From Candidatus Bathyarchaeota archaeon (GTDB lineage: Archaea; Thermoproteota; Bathyarchaeia; 40CM-2-53-6), in NCBI GenBank assembly GCA_963833125.1, contig CAWHWX010000009.1, positions 56,088 to 120,087 of the forward strand: 64,000 nt of DNA. The letters run 5' to 3'. Shown piece after piece: positions 39,130 to 49,749 of this stretch. Below the pieces are notes generated by a model. That model made no database searches. It saw only the letters and a list, made by a program, of their open reading frames with translations, and had not been told where the DNA came from. The position numbers and the translations under genes are program-made. How positions within the stretch are numbered: the stretch's first letter is position 1; the number at the start of each line of letters is the position of its first letter.

Positions 39130-40101
39130 CTAGAGCCACAAGCGTTTCCTTTTCAAAATGGTCTTTCCATCGACTTCCACGCACGCTTGCTTAAACACCA
39201 GGTCAATGTGAAGAGGCGCTTTGTTTTTCCCTCCAACCTTACTGTTGTCCCCGAGCGCGATATGCGCAGTTCCAAAAGTTGCCTCATCTTCTATTATAGC
39301 ACCTCGAATGTGCGCGAGTGGATTTAATCCGATTCCAAACTCCGCAACATTGAACGCCGCCTGATTTCGCGCGCTGCGCAAGACTCTCAACAGTACCCGT
39401 GCCTCGCGACCGCCCTTAATTCTTGTAGCTATGCCATGTGCGAATTCAATTTGGATAGGTTTACGCAAGAGGCCGTTGACTGAGGTGCTGCCATCGACAA
39501 CGAGAGTCCCATTTGTTGTCCCTTCAACGGGCGCTATGTACGCCTCAATATCAGGAACAGCAGTTACATCACCCGCACGTTTGCATAATCCAGTTACACC
39601 ACCCCCTCTCCTACCCACCACGCTCAAATCGAGATCAGTACCTGCTCGATTGCTTACTCTCATTCTTCTCGCACGAGTGAAACGACGGACAATCTTCCTC
39701 ACAAGAACTTCTTGCTTTTCGAAATCAGCAAACATAGCACTAGAATCTAAGACAGGCATGGTGCAGCCAGCCATTGATAGAAAACGAACCCCTGCTCTAC
39801 ACGCGGCAATTCTCGCGTTGGAATGGTACAGAGTCGTACTAGCGACGGATATCACGACGTCGGATGACAACATAGCAGAGACAACAACACTAGGCGGTTC
39901 ACTTCCTGGAAGTGACCTAGCCTTCATCGTAACCATGTTTGCCTCTATCCCGAGCGAATCCGAGGCGGCGATTATCGTATCGCCTACAGCGCGATCGGTC
40001 TCAGAGTCAGTCACGATCAGAATATTCTCACCAGGTCTTGCTCGAGCGCAAACTCGAAGCAAATTCACCGCACCTTTGAAGGCTCTCGTCACCATGCTCA
40101 C
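39130..40101 (-). CDS. M29-like (aminopeptidase T/thermophilic metalloprotease) family protein
   Basis: PDIEAYIAPVEG..GTLVVDGS, VAEFGIGLNP, EDE..GTAHIALGDN..GG...APLHID. Confidence 0.8.
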   Translation of the reverse strand: MSMVTRAFKGAVNLLRVCARARPGENILIVTDSETDRAVGDTIIAASDSLGIEANMVTMKARSLPGSEPPSVVVSAMLSSDVVISVASTTLYHSNARIAACRAGVRFLSMAGCTMPVLDSSAMFADFEKQEVLVRKIVRRFTRARRMRVSNRAGTDLDLSVVGRRGGGVTGLCKRAGDVTAVPDIEAYIAPVEGTTNGTLVVDGSTSVNGLLRKPIQIEFAHGIATRIKGGREARVLLRVLRSARNQAAFNVAEFGIGLNPLAHIRGAIIEDEATFGTAHIALGDNSKVGGKNKAPLHIDLVFKQACVEVDGKTILKRKRLWL

Positions 40102-40125
40102 CGAAAAAGGAGCGAGGCTTCTGAT

Positions 40126-40504
40126 CTAGAGATATTTTCTGATTTGAGTCTCGAGTTCTTCTGGGCTGACGATGTGGACGTTTGACCCTACGTCACCTAG
40201 GAGTTTGCGTGCTTTCTGGCGGAGCTGGGATGGGGCAATTAACAGAACCGGTATGTTGTGTGTTTTGCAGGCAACGAGCATGTTGCTCAGCATTAGCTCA
40301 AACATTGCCGTGCGCTCTTGCTCGGCGGGTATGATCTTGTGGAGGTACCCAACGACAACGTCCACCTCGCCTTTGCTTAGATGATTAACTGGCTTCCCGT
40401 GCGCATCCCATGTGTTTGCTATAGGGAGCGTCTCGAATTCCTTCAACAGCAAGTGTAGCCAAGAGAAGAGGGTCTGTTCCCTCGAAATATCCTACTCTAC
40501 CCAT
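40126..40504 (-). CDS. conserved hypothetical protein (frameshift near 40437)
   Basis: ATG at 40504 gives MGRVGYFEGTDPLLLATLAVEG, which joins ETLPIANTWDAHGK of ORF 40126..40452. Confidence 0.65.
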
Positions 40505-40663
40505 GCTTTCATCTCAAATTGAAATCGATGTTTACGCTCGGGACGATTCGATTAATGAACATAACCTCTGCAAGAAATCACAGCGCAGTTGTGGCAGTTA
40601 AATATCGAGCGGCCAGGAATGAGCTGGATTGACAACACGTAACGAAAACGGAGGAGTGACCTT

Positions 40664-41504
40664 TTGAAATCTCAAGTTGAGAAGGCCGAGGAATTCCGAT
40701 CCCTTCACCACGCGAAACGCATACTTGTTCTTCCGAATGCTTGGGATGTACCAAGCGCTAGAATATTCGAAGACGCTGGTTTCCCCGCGATCGCTACGTC
40801 CAGTGCAGCTCTATCCGTGTCTCTTGGCTATCCTGACGGCGAGAAGATAGGTAAGGACGAGCTATTCTCCGTGGTGAAAAGAATTGCAGACACTATATCC
40901 ATCCCACTGAGTGCGGACATCGAGTCTGGTTTCGGATCCAACATAGATCAGCTATCGGACACTATTCGCCAGCGTAATCCGGGCTGGAGCTGTGGGCATA
41001 AACATCGAGGACATCTCTGACTTTGAACAAAAATCTCTCCTACCTACCGAGAAACAAATTGAGAGGATTCAAGCGATTAGAAAAATCTCAGATTCGCTTG
41101 GCGCCCCCCTTGTAATCAACGCACGCACCGACGCCTACCGGTTTGGAGCAGGAGATGAGCGCACGAAGCTTGAGGAGACCATTCGAAGGGAGAGAGCCTA
41201 CGAAGCCGCAGACGCAGACTGCCTGTACCCGATGGGTTTGACAGATAAGGAAACGATCGCCGCTTTCGTCAAAGCCGTAAACAAACCAGTGAACATTATG
41301 GCGCGAAAAGGTGCACCCACAATCCCCGAGTTAGAGAAGATCGGCGTCAAACGACTCAGCCTCGGGCCGACTGCAATGTACGCCTCAATCGGATTCTTGA
41401 GAAGAATTGCGCAGGAATTGAAGCAGAGAGGAACATACGATACCCTACTTACTGGTGCGATTACTTTTGATGAATTAAACGCTCTAGCCAAGCCTAAACG
41501 CTAG
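40664..41504 (+). CDS. isocitrate lyase/PEP mutase family protein (frameshift near 40968)
   Basis: LPNAWDVPSA, ATSSAA..GYPDG, SADIESG, GINIED, INARTD, RLSLG. Confidence 0.9.
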
Positions 41505-41515
41505 TTGAAAACGCC

Positions 41516-41737
41516 TTAACCGGTCTTCTCACGATTGTCAGCAGTTGCCCCGTAGAGTAGAAGGAGCGCGGCTAGGAGGATTAAGGGGACAGCGAACAGC
41601 AGGTTTGGATAGAGTGTCACATTGCGTGCTGGGTTCTGTAAAGTTACAACAAGCGGAATCGGAGCCGCGACCAAAACTATGGCTAGAACCGCCGCTCCGA
41701 GGAAAAGCCCAAGTCTATTCAAGGCAGCACACCTCAT
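41516..41737 (-). CDS. small 2-TM membrane protein
   Basis: Two hydrophobic segments in a 73-aa ORF. Confidence 0.55.
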   Translation of the reverse strand: MRCAALNRLGLFLGAAVLAIVLVAAPIPLVVTLQNPARNVTLYPNLLFAVPLILLAALLLLYGATADNREKTG

Positions 41738-41955
41738 TCATTTTCTCGTCGTGACGGTCAATAAACTATAAGCATGGGAAGATAATTGTTCCCTAGAAGT
41801 TGTTTGACGTTGATGTCAAGGTTCGAGAAAGAAGGCCAGCGTCTTATCTGCGATAAGTGCGGCTTCGAAACCATTGTCAAGAAATCTTCGCTCTCCACAA
41901 GAAAAACTGCCCTAGGATCTAGAAATTAGGCTCAATCTAACCTGATCTAGCTCAG

Positions 41956-42243
41956 ATGCACATGGAAGCCAGGTGTATATTCATGGGCAGAACTGTGGAG
42001 GGGTTTTCTTTCGGCGAATCCTGCCTGAAGTGTCAGAAGATTATGGAGCATAGAGTCGAACTTGAGGGTAAGGATTTCTTCGGGGTATGTTCTTCATGTG
42101 GGCAAAGTCGGTTGATGACCGGGTTGAATCAGGTCTATTACCCGAAAACAGAGCTATGGGTCACCCGATTCAAGATTGGAAACCTTGCCAGCGTTGTGAC
42201 TGGAAAACTCCTAGACGCAATCAAACATTTACCCAATCCCTGA
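41956..42243 (+). CDS. small zinc-ribbon protein
   Basis: CLKC..(15)..CSSCG. Confidence 0.6.
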   Translation: MHMEARCIFMGRTVEGFSFGESCLKCQKIMEHRVELEGKDFFGVCSSCGQSRLMTGLNQVYYPKTELWVTRFKIGNLASVVTGKLLDAIKHLPNP

Positions 42244-42575
42244 AGTAATGCCATTCTTCGCGACCCGCAGCCGTGCTTCCATTGCGCCGCGAAAGAACTG
42301 GAGCCAGTGAAACGTTCGGAAACTTCAATTCGAAATTCTGAACTTATGAGAGTCCGCACATGATTGATTCATGGAAAAAGAAAATCTAGTTTAGGGATTC
42401 GCTGTAGCATTCTGGGTTTGCAAGGGAATGCGAACCGATTTTAGTGACGCCACGGAAAAATTAGGAAGAAAAAATTTCACGAAAAATAATTTCGCGTCGA
42501 AGTAACGCTTATATCTCAATTATTTAATTATACTGAAAACTGAGATTTCTATCCGGAGGTTCCCGAGTACAAACA

Positions 42576-43028
42576 ATGTCTCCTAGACCTTACGCTTACA
42601 GACATGTTGTCGCAACGCTCCATGGATGCCGCGCAGACATGCTCGACGACAAATTGCTACTTGACACAACATTGAAAGCAATTCACAAAGCGAACATGCA
42701 GTTAGCAAGAACAAAAACTCCGAACCCACTTGTCTACCGAGTCGGTGACGACATCATGGGAGGAGGAGTAAGCGTAAACGCATTGATTACAACCAGCCAC
42801 CTTACCGTTCACACTTCTAGGAAGTTCCGAACCGTGGAGTTTGACTGCGCCACGTGCGGGTGCGACAGTAACCCATGGGCAGCTTTGGATATGTTTAGGC
42901 AGGCATTGGGGCCGACGCACGTTACCATGCAGTACCAACACGGGGAACACCCGTTGCTAACCCTCCCGCCGATTCGGGCGATTTCTCGGCCAAGGCGAAG
43001 CAAGCAGGAAGCGCCGCTTAGCTACTGA
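42576..43028 (+). CDS. divergent S-adenosylmethionine decarboxylase-like pyruvoyl proenzyme
   Basis: RHVVATLHGC, GGVS..LITTSHLTVHT, FDCATCG match the SpeD pattern GxH..DLYGC, GVS..ESHxxxHTWPE, DxFTCG; GGAGG SD. Confidence 0.75.
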   Translation: MSPRPYAYRHVVATLHGCRADMLDDKLLLDTTLKAIHKANMQLARTKTPNPLVYRVGDDIMGGGVSVNALITTSHLTVHTSRKFRTVEFDCATCGCDSNPWAALDMFRQALGPTHVTMQYQHGEHPLLTLPPIRAISRPRRSKQEAPLSY

Positions 43029-43441
43029 GCCCCTTTTTCCTCATCCTCGACTACTGCTAACTCCAGTTTTCTTACAGAATTACCTATCTCGTCAAGCAAT
43101 GCTTGATCTACTTGCGGTTCAAGGCTCAGCATCAATAGGTGCGCAGCGGTTCGGTAGAGCGCCAAGAACACTTTATCATAACGTACAGTTAAGCGCCTCA
43201 TTGCGCCGCAGAATGGGTGCAGTTTTTCTGCCGAGTCGATCATCAAAGGCGCGGCCATTCTTATGAAGTCGCGGTCAGTTTGAGCTGGGGTAAGTGAGGA
43301 AACTCCTTCCCGCATCTTTGATTCAAGCAGATCGTATCGAGGGTTTAAGATTGCAACGTATCGGATCCGCTTGTCAAGTTTGAAGATGTTCTCAGTTATT
43401 TCCTTGATGTCAACCATGTCGTTTCGCATCTGATTGTTCAT
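43022..43441 (-). CDS. roadblock/profilin-like small protein of TACK type
   Basis: IFKLDKRIRYVAIL..SKMREG..G...LTVRYDKV..LMLSLEP pattern. Confidence 0.6.
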   Translation of the reverse strand: MNNQMRNDMVDIKEITENIFKLDKRIRYVAILNPRYDLLESKMREGVSSLTPAQTDRDFIRMAAPLMIDSAEKLHPFCGAMRRLTVRYDKVFLALYRTAAHLLMLSLEPQVDQALLDEIGNSVRKLELAVVEDEEKGAQ

Positions 43442-43537
43442 GCGTTTGATATATGAACTTCAGCGGGGGGAACCCGATGATTCGGTGTAACCCTTAATTG
43501 AAAGCAGCCTTGGAAGGCGCCTAGAGACGTTCGAACA

Positions 43538-44056
43538 TTGCTAGACTCGACCAGGATAAGGCGTGAGATAGGTAGGCTATACGAAAAGGACCCCCAAGGG
43601 TGGCGGGTTTTGGTCGGAAAGGACGGGTCCGGCTTTTATGATGCCTTGATCTCACATGGAACCGAAGCTTGGCAAGTGAAAGAGTATCAGGTTAACCCTT
43701 ACAAGTTCGTGGGCCTCGGTTCACGGCTTCCGAGCCTAAGTTCAGGCCCGTTGATACCTCAGGAACACCCATTCGGACTTAGAGCCATTGGACTGGACCA
43801 AATTAAGGAGATGGCGTCCGTAATCGATGACCCTAGAACGATGAGTGAATTCGCAGCCAAACTTCTCAGTCGAAGCCCCGTAAGCGCAAGTGAAGCGGTC
43901 GAAAGCCCAGCCGTTTTGCAGGGTCCAATACTTCAATCCCCGAAACCCCTAGAGGCACTTTCCTCCGCTCACACAACGTTAGATGAGAAACTAAAGAAAG
44001 AACTACAGAATCTCATCCGCAGAGATTACCGCCACACAATCACCCCATACATTTAA
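43538..44056 (+). CDS. conserved archaeal hypothetical protein
   Basis: Full-length ORF with typical composition (GWRVLVG, YQVNPYKFVGLG, PFGLR). Confidence 0.65.
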   Translation: MLDSTRIRREIGRLYEKDPQGWRVLVGKDGSGFYDALISHGTEAWQVKEYQVNPYKFVGLGSRLPSLSSGPLIPQEHPFGLRAIGLDQIKEMASVIDDPRTMSEFAAKLLSRSPVSASEAVESPAVLQGPILQSPKPLEALSSAHTTLDEKLKKELQNLIRRDYRHTITPYI

Positions 44057-44123
44057 CGAGATAAATTACTCAGATACGCCCAGTTGACGTAGTTACGGGA
44101 GAGTATGGTAAGCCTATGAGAGT

Positions 44124-45308
44124 TTGAAAATTACCAATGTAGACATTTACGAGATAGGCGCGAAAACAACACCGGGAAGCGCAGCATGGGCTGCAAACTC
44201 TATAATTCTGAAACTCACCACATCTGACGGCATGGTTGGTTATGGGGAAGCTGTCCCAACCCTCAGAACTCAACCAGTCATTCAGTCGTTACATGAGGTT
44301 GCTCGAGTATACGTCGGTAGAGACCCACTGAAAGTGGAAGAGAATTGGCATGAATGGCATAAACACGACTTTTACCTCCCCGTCTCATTCGAATCAACAA
44401 CAGCCGTTAGCGCTTTCGACATCGCATGCTGGGACATCATCGGGAAACATTTCGGCGGACCAATACACCAACTCTTAGGGGGCTCAATGCGGTCGAGGAT
44501 CCGGTTGTATTCGAATGGCTGGTACAACGGATGCGTAACTCCCGAACAATTCGGCGACCGAGCAAAACAATTCACCAAGATGGGTTACACCGCTCTGAAG
44601 TTCGACCCATTCGGAGATTATTATGATTGGATTGACGAGAAGGGCCTAAAGATTGCATACGACAGGGTGAAAGCCGTTAAAGACGCGACAGGCAGCAAGG
44701 TTGACCTCCTGATCGAGCACCATGGCAGATTCAACCCCAATTCCGCAATCATGATCGCGAAGAGACTAGAGGAATTCGATCCCCTCTTCATGGAGGAACC
44801 GATCCACCCGGAGAACCTTGAAGGATTGAGGAAATACCGTGCAGCGACGAGTGTAAGGATCGCACTCGGCGAAAGGATACTTACGAAGGAGCACGTGGTC
44901 ACTTTTCTTTCAGGGAATTTGATAGATTTCCTCCAGCCCGACATAACAAATATCGGAGGAGTAACGCAGTCCAAGAAGATCGCTGCGCTAGCCGAAGCCT
45001 TTGGAGTGGAGATCGCATTTCACAACGCTTTTGGCCCAATTCAAAATGCAGTAACCATTCAAGTCGACGCGTCAATTCCGAACTTCCTCATCCAGGAATC
45101 ATTCTACGACGTATTTCCACAATGGAAGAGGCAACTGGTCAAAGATGAATTCAAGGTTGAGAACGGATACACTGCAGTTCCATCAAAGCCTGGCCTAGGC
45201 GTTGATCTAGATGAACAATTCCTAGAGGAACACCAGATCGAAGGTCAGGAATATTTCGACCCAGCCGAACCCGTCTGGGTCGTGAAAGATACTTGGAAAA
45301 CACCCTAG
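44124..45308 (+). CDS. gad: D-gluconate/D-galactonate dehydratase (enolase superfamily, archaeal ED pathway)
   Basis: GEAVPTLR, DFYLPVSFESTTAVSA, KFDPFG.YYDWIDE, IEHHGRFN, FHNAFG, EPVWVVK.TWK closely follow Sulfolobus/Thermoplasmatales GAD. Confidence 0.9.
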   Translation: MKITNVDIYEIGAKTTPGSAAWAANSIILKLTTSDGMVGYGEAVPTLRTQPVIQSLHEVARVYVGRDPLKVEENWHEWHKHDFYLPVSFESTTAVSAFDIACWDIIGKHFGGPIHQLLGGSMRSRIRLYSNGWYNGCVTPEQFGDRAKQFTKMGYTALKFDPFGDYYDWIDEKGLKIAYDRVKAVKDATGSKVDLLIEHHGRFNPNSAIMIAKRLEEFDPLFMEEPIHPENLEGLRKYRAATSVRIALGERILTKEHVVTFLSGNLIDFLQPDITNIGGVTQSKKIAALAEAFGVEIAFHNAFGPIQNAVTIQVDASIPNFLIQESFYDVFPQWKRQLVKDEFKVENGYTAVPSKPGLGVDLDEQFLEEHQIEGQEYFDPAEPVWVVKDTWKTP

Positions 45309-45332
45309 ACGAACACGAGAGCTAAAGAACCA

Positions 45333-46124
45333 TTGCAAAATATTGACCCACTATTCATTATCGAACCTGCAATCGTAATTGGTTTCAGCGTTGGCATCGT
45401 TCTCTACTGGTACCGGAAACACGGCTTCAGCAAGGCTGTGCTTGGATTCTCACTATTGGCTTACGGCGGGGCGATTGGGCTTAAGGTTCTCTTTCAATAC
45501 TTGACTGCGCCAGCCTTCCTCGCAGTCACCCAAGCCTCCGTGTGGTGGTTGGGACTCTACCTCGGACTTCAAACAGTCGTCTTCGAGGTGGCTGGGGCAT
45601 TTTTGGTTGCTCGCTTTGCAATCTCACGGGGCAAAATGAAACGCGGCGACGCGGTAGCATACGGGTTAGGCCTTGCGTTGTGGGAGAACGGCGTCGTTCT
45701 CGGTGTCGTCGCGCTACTGAGCGCATTTTCCTATTTTATAGTTCTCTCGCAAGGCGGGCAGGCTGCTGAAAGTATGTACGGCCTTCTTTCATCGACCCAA
45801 CCACAGCTCTTCCTCCCGCCTCAATCCGCATTACCACTCTTAGGATGGGGTGTGCTGGAGAGGGTTTCATCTCTGCTGGTCCATCTCTCATGGGGGTACC
45901 TTTGTGTAAAATCAGCGGCTCAACACAAGAGAGGATACCTATTCCTAGCATTACCAATGGGTTTCATAGACTTCCTCGTTCCTTTCGTTCAAATCCTGAC
46001 TCTGCCTCTTTTCGAAATCGTAGTCTTCATGTTCGCCGCAATATGCGTCTTCATCAGCGTTTACGCCACAAGAAGTTCAAAACGATTCAACAAAATAGGG
46101 AAGATAGGTCAGGGTCAAGGGTAG
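45333..46124 (+). CDS. YhfC-like intramembrane metalloprotease family protein
   Basis: Multi-TM; VFE..., AVAYGLGLALWE, LERVSSLLVH. Confidence 0.65.
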   Translation: MQNIDPLFIIEPAIVIGFSVGIVLYWYRKHGFSKAVLGFSLLAYGGAIGLKVLFQYLTAPAFLAVTQASVWWLGLYLGLQTVVFEVAGAFLVARFAISRGKMKRGDAVAYGLGLALWENGVVLGVVALLSAFSYFIVLSQGGQAAESMYGLLSSTQPQLFLPPQSALPLLGWGVLERVSSLLVHLSWGYLCVKSAAQHKRGYLFLALPMGFIDFLVPFVQILTLPLFEIVVFMFAAICVFISVYATRSSKRFNKIGKIGQGQG

Positions 46125-46385
46125 TACACACAATTAAGTCCACATCTGAAGCAGTTTCTTTCTTGTGTAAGGTGTGAACGACCATATGGAACAATTGCAG
46201 GTTTGGCAATCCATTGGAATTCACACCTCCTTCACGTTGAATTCTTACAAGAGAGTTTCGTCTTGCTTCACCATAAACGCATTTCCATTATCCACACCAC
46301 GCCGAAAGGAGCAGAGGAGACTCACGAGAAGACGCATGTTAACGTTTAACTGCTTTTCTAGACGAGCAAATGGCTTGATGTTTTC

Positions 46386-47440
46386 TTGACCGATTGGATG
46401 AAGGCGGCTAGGCTTCATCGGATTCATGGCAAGCTGAGCCTGGATCGTGTTCCAGTCCCTAAGATTTCAGCCTCAGACGTTCTGGTAGATATACGGGCTA
46501 GCGGAATCTGCCACTCCGACATTAACTACCGTGATGGCGTTGCACCAGTAGCGAAGCTACCAATTATTCTTGGGCATGAGATTGCTGGCGTAGTCGTTGA
46601 GAAGGGATCTCGGGTTAAGGGACTTGGTATAGGCGACCGAGTGCTTGTGCATTATGTGGCAAGTTGTGGTCGATGCAGGTATTGCGGTACCAATAGGGAA
46701 AACCTGTGCGTCAAGTATGAGATGATAGGGAAGGATATTGATGGCGGATTCGCCGAATACTCATGCGTCCCAGCCACAAGCGCAGTACCGTTGCCAGAAA
46801 GGATACCGTTCGAACAAGCAGCAATTATGGGCTGTGCAGTCTCAACCGCGTACCACGCTCTCGTAAGAGGACGGTTGAAGCGGGGGGAGACGGTTGTAAT
46901 CATTGGAGTCGGTGGCCTTGGTATGCACGCAGTTCAGCTCGCCAAGAAGATTTTCCGTGCAAGCCAAGTCATCGCCATGGATCGGTTCGACTGGAAACTG
47001 AAGCAAGCTAAACGGTTTGGGGCAACCGGCATTGTAAACGTAGGACGTCAAGATGCAACGACAGCATTGAGAAAACTAACTGACGGTTTGTTCGCGGATG
47101 TGGTTGTCGATTTCGTGGGAAATGAGAAAACTATTCGGACAGGGCATCAACCTTGTCGCAAAGGGAGGCAGGCTAGTTGTGGTTGGCATAGGCGCCAAAT
47201 CGGTAACGCGTCTCCCCCTACGAGAGCCTAATCGGTAAAGAGATGGAAATCGTCGGTGTGGATGATCATTTGAAGAAATGAATTGGTACAACTGATCAAC
47301 CTTGTCTGATTCCAGAAAATTAGATCTCACACATTCTGTTACGCATAGGATTGCCCTGGAGGACATTAACGCTGGCTTCAAGATTCTTGAAGACCCAAAT
47401 GAACATCCGATAAGGAGTCGTAGCCTCGAAGACAGGATAG
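46386..47440 (+). CDS. zinc-dependent alcohol dehydrogenase (several 3' frameshifts)
   Basis: GICHSD, GHE, CGRCRYC..C, GVGGLG; C-terminal THRIALEDINAGF in another frame. Confidence 0.88.
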
Positions 47441-47449
47441 CTAAGCCGT

Positions 47450-47913
47450 TCAATGTTTCAGGCGTCTTGACGCGAAGCAGGTTGCCGCGAGCGCTAGAAC
47501 CCTACCAAGACTGACAGGTTCGGTTGGAATTCTGGGACTGCTGAAGGTGGCTGTTGCTGGAGGTAGAAGTTGACAGTGCTCGATGAGTTATCAGTTACGG
47601 TTACGTTGGCGTTGGGGGCCCAGTATTGTGGGCTATAGGGATCATATACTGAGACATTGTATATTCCAGCGGGAACCCGCATCAGATAGAACCCGCTAAA
47701 GCCGGAGAAAGCTTCGAAGGTCTGATTTCCGCTAACCGCGGAGATTTGAGTCCAATCGACAACATTTCCGCTAGGCCCAACAACCGTCCCACTTATCGTT
47801 CCTCCTGCTCCACCGTAGTACTTTGGGGCAGAAGAAGCGAACACGAGAGTTTTGCTTGCGAGGACCATTGAGATGACCACTAGGAGACACATGAAAATTG
47901 TCGAGGACCGCAA
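47450..47913 (-). CDS. secreted protein with carboxypeptidase-regulatory-like beta-sandwich and PEF-CTERM-like anchor (frameshift near 47500)
   Basis: Signal peptide; GTISGTV..G.Y...VPAG.YNV; AVPEF followed in the shifted frame by VLALAATCFASRRLKH*. Confidence 0.7.
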
Positions 47914-48017
47914 TTCGATTCACAGAATGATCATTGGATTGTGGTATTAATGATAAAAGAGTTGGGAATACTGGGAAAATACATTTTGATAGAAAATTAG
48001 TAGAACGCAGAGGGTTC

Positions 48018-48816
48018 TCAGTTTTGGCGCGAGATTCTGCTCCAACCTCGCAAGAATTGAAGCGAGGCGGCATGTGTTAGCAAACTCACACAGATAGCGG
48101 CTAGGAAGGAAGCGGTTATCCCCCACGCAACGAGCGTCAACGACACCACCAGAAAGAATGTGATGAACGTGAAAGATCCGGCAACGACTCCTCTAAGGAG
48201 CAGTACCGCCTGTTCTTTGCCCTGAAACCGGTGAGTAAAGACGGCTAAGGTTGCAGCATACACTGGGAAAGGGGAGATGAGTCCTGTTAGTTGCGGGCCA
48301 ACAGACTGGGCAATCCCAGTGATCAAGAATACGAGGGCAGTTGCGAAGATCATTCGCGCGAGAAGCTCCCACCGTAAATTCAGCGCCTGCATCTTGGTGG
48401 CGTGAACGCGCGGCAGCAATAGAAGAGAAATCACTAGAACGAATATTGATAATGGGAACCCGATCAACAACGGCAAACTCGCCATTTGAAGGAGATATGT
48501 GCATGCAAGAACGGCTCCGAATCCTAAGAGCATACTCGTTATCGCCGTTAATCGCATTGCTGACCAGCTGTAGACCAGGCAGAAAATGAATACGGTTATG
48601 ATTCCAACCATTATCGACTGCGACGCTTCAGAGGCGAAAACGGGTCCCTGCTCCAAAGCCAAGAAGAAAGCAATCGGCCCAGAATTCAACGGCAGCCCAA
48701 TAAGCCAACCACCGAAAGTTGGTCCCCAGCGTCGACTTGCAAGACTAACCACGGCGATGAAGATAGGGACCAGGGTCAGCTTAAGTGAGAAAAATGAACC
48801 AGTCTACTTGGACCAT
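48018..48816 (-). CDS. multi-TM membrane protein of unknown function (5' frameshift)
   Basis: KLTLVP..SLASRRWGPTFGGWLIGLPLNSGP; internal repeat VGPQLTGLISPFP. Confidence 0.75.
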
Positions 48817-48917
48817 ATGCTACCAAAATTCCCCTGATTCATGCCACCAAGAAAGACATTATATCAGGTGAACGGCTCGAATGATACAACAGTTCCGTTT
48901 GGGTTAGGTACATTAGT

Positions 48918-49748
48918 TTGCAGACTGCTGCGACACCAGTGAAGACTTGCCCGCTTTGCGGGGAATCGTCGGCTTACGATGACTTTACGGGGTTCTATTT
49001 TTGCAATCACTGTGATCAGTTTATTCAGTGGGTGCCGGATAGCTTTGCTTTGATCCTAACTGGACCAGCGGGAGCGGGTAAGACTCCGTCATTTCACGCT
49101 TGGTCCGATTTCTATCTCCGAAATGGTCGGCCCGTCGTCCTATTTGCTTTTGATGACTTTCCATCGAACATACGTAGCGCTTTTTCTGATTACTACCAGC
49201 AGAAACTACCCGAATATGAAAAGGCAGGGTTAGTTACAATCGTTGATTGTTACAGCTCAATCGCGGGCGTCCCAAGCCAGGAAAAATATGCACTCAAGAA
49301 CCGTGCGGACCTGAATGAGTTAAGCCTCATGATTTCAGACCTGTTGAATGAGAAGGCGAAATTGGGACATGCCAAATTCATTATCGATTCCGTGACGCCG
49401 CTCTTCACATACAAGGAACCGCAAGTGGTGGTGCAATTCCTCGCTTCCACAGCGGTGAAAGTCAAAGCGAAAGGAGCTGCGTTAGCCGTATCCCTAACCA
49501 GCGGAACCGTCAACGACGAGACGTTTAGGCGATTGGAAACGCTCATGGATTTCGCCGTCGAGATTCGGCTTGTTGAAGAGGAAGGGCGAAAGAAGAGGCT
49601 GATGCGCTTCGTGAAAGCTCGCGGACAACGAATTTACGAAGATTGGGTTCCAATATACATTGGGTCGAAAACCATTTCAATAGACGTAGGAGAAGACCCG
49701 AAGAAATATGAGAGGCTTAAGAAGGCTCTTTACGCAAAGCCTTCCTAA
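48918..49748 (+). CDS. KaiC/RAD55-like RecA-superfamily ATPase with N-terminal zinc ribbon
   Basis: CPLCG..FCNHCD; GPAGAGKT; IVDCYS; FIIDSVT; MDFAVEIR; KARG. Confidence 0.85.
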   Translation: MQTAATPVKTCPLCGESSAYDDFTGFYFCNHCDQFIQWVPDSFALILTGPAGAGKTPSFHAWSDFYLRNGRPVVLFAFDDFPSNIRSAFSDYYQQKLPEYEKAGLVTIVDCYSSIAGVPSQEKYALKNRADLNELSLMISDLLNEKAKLGHAKFIIDSVTPLFTYKEPQVVVQFLASTAVKVKAKGAALAVSLTSGTVNDETFRRLETLMDFAVEIRLVEEEGRKKRLMRFVKARGQRIYEDWVPIYIGSKTISIDVGEDPKKYERLKKALYAKPS

Positions 49749-49749
49749 G

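Noticed and set aside
41813-41929. Micro-ORF MSRFEKEGQRLICDKCGFET... as a zinc finger
   Set aside because: Only one CxxC pair and no clear SD; may be a broken remnant
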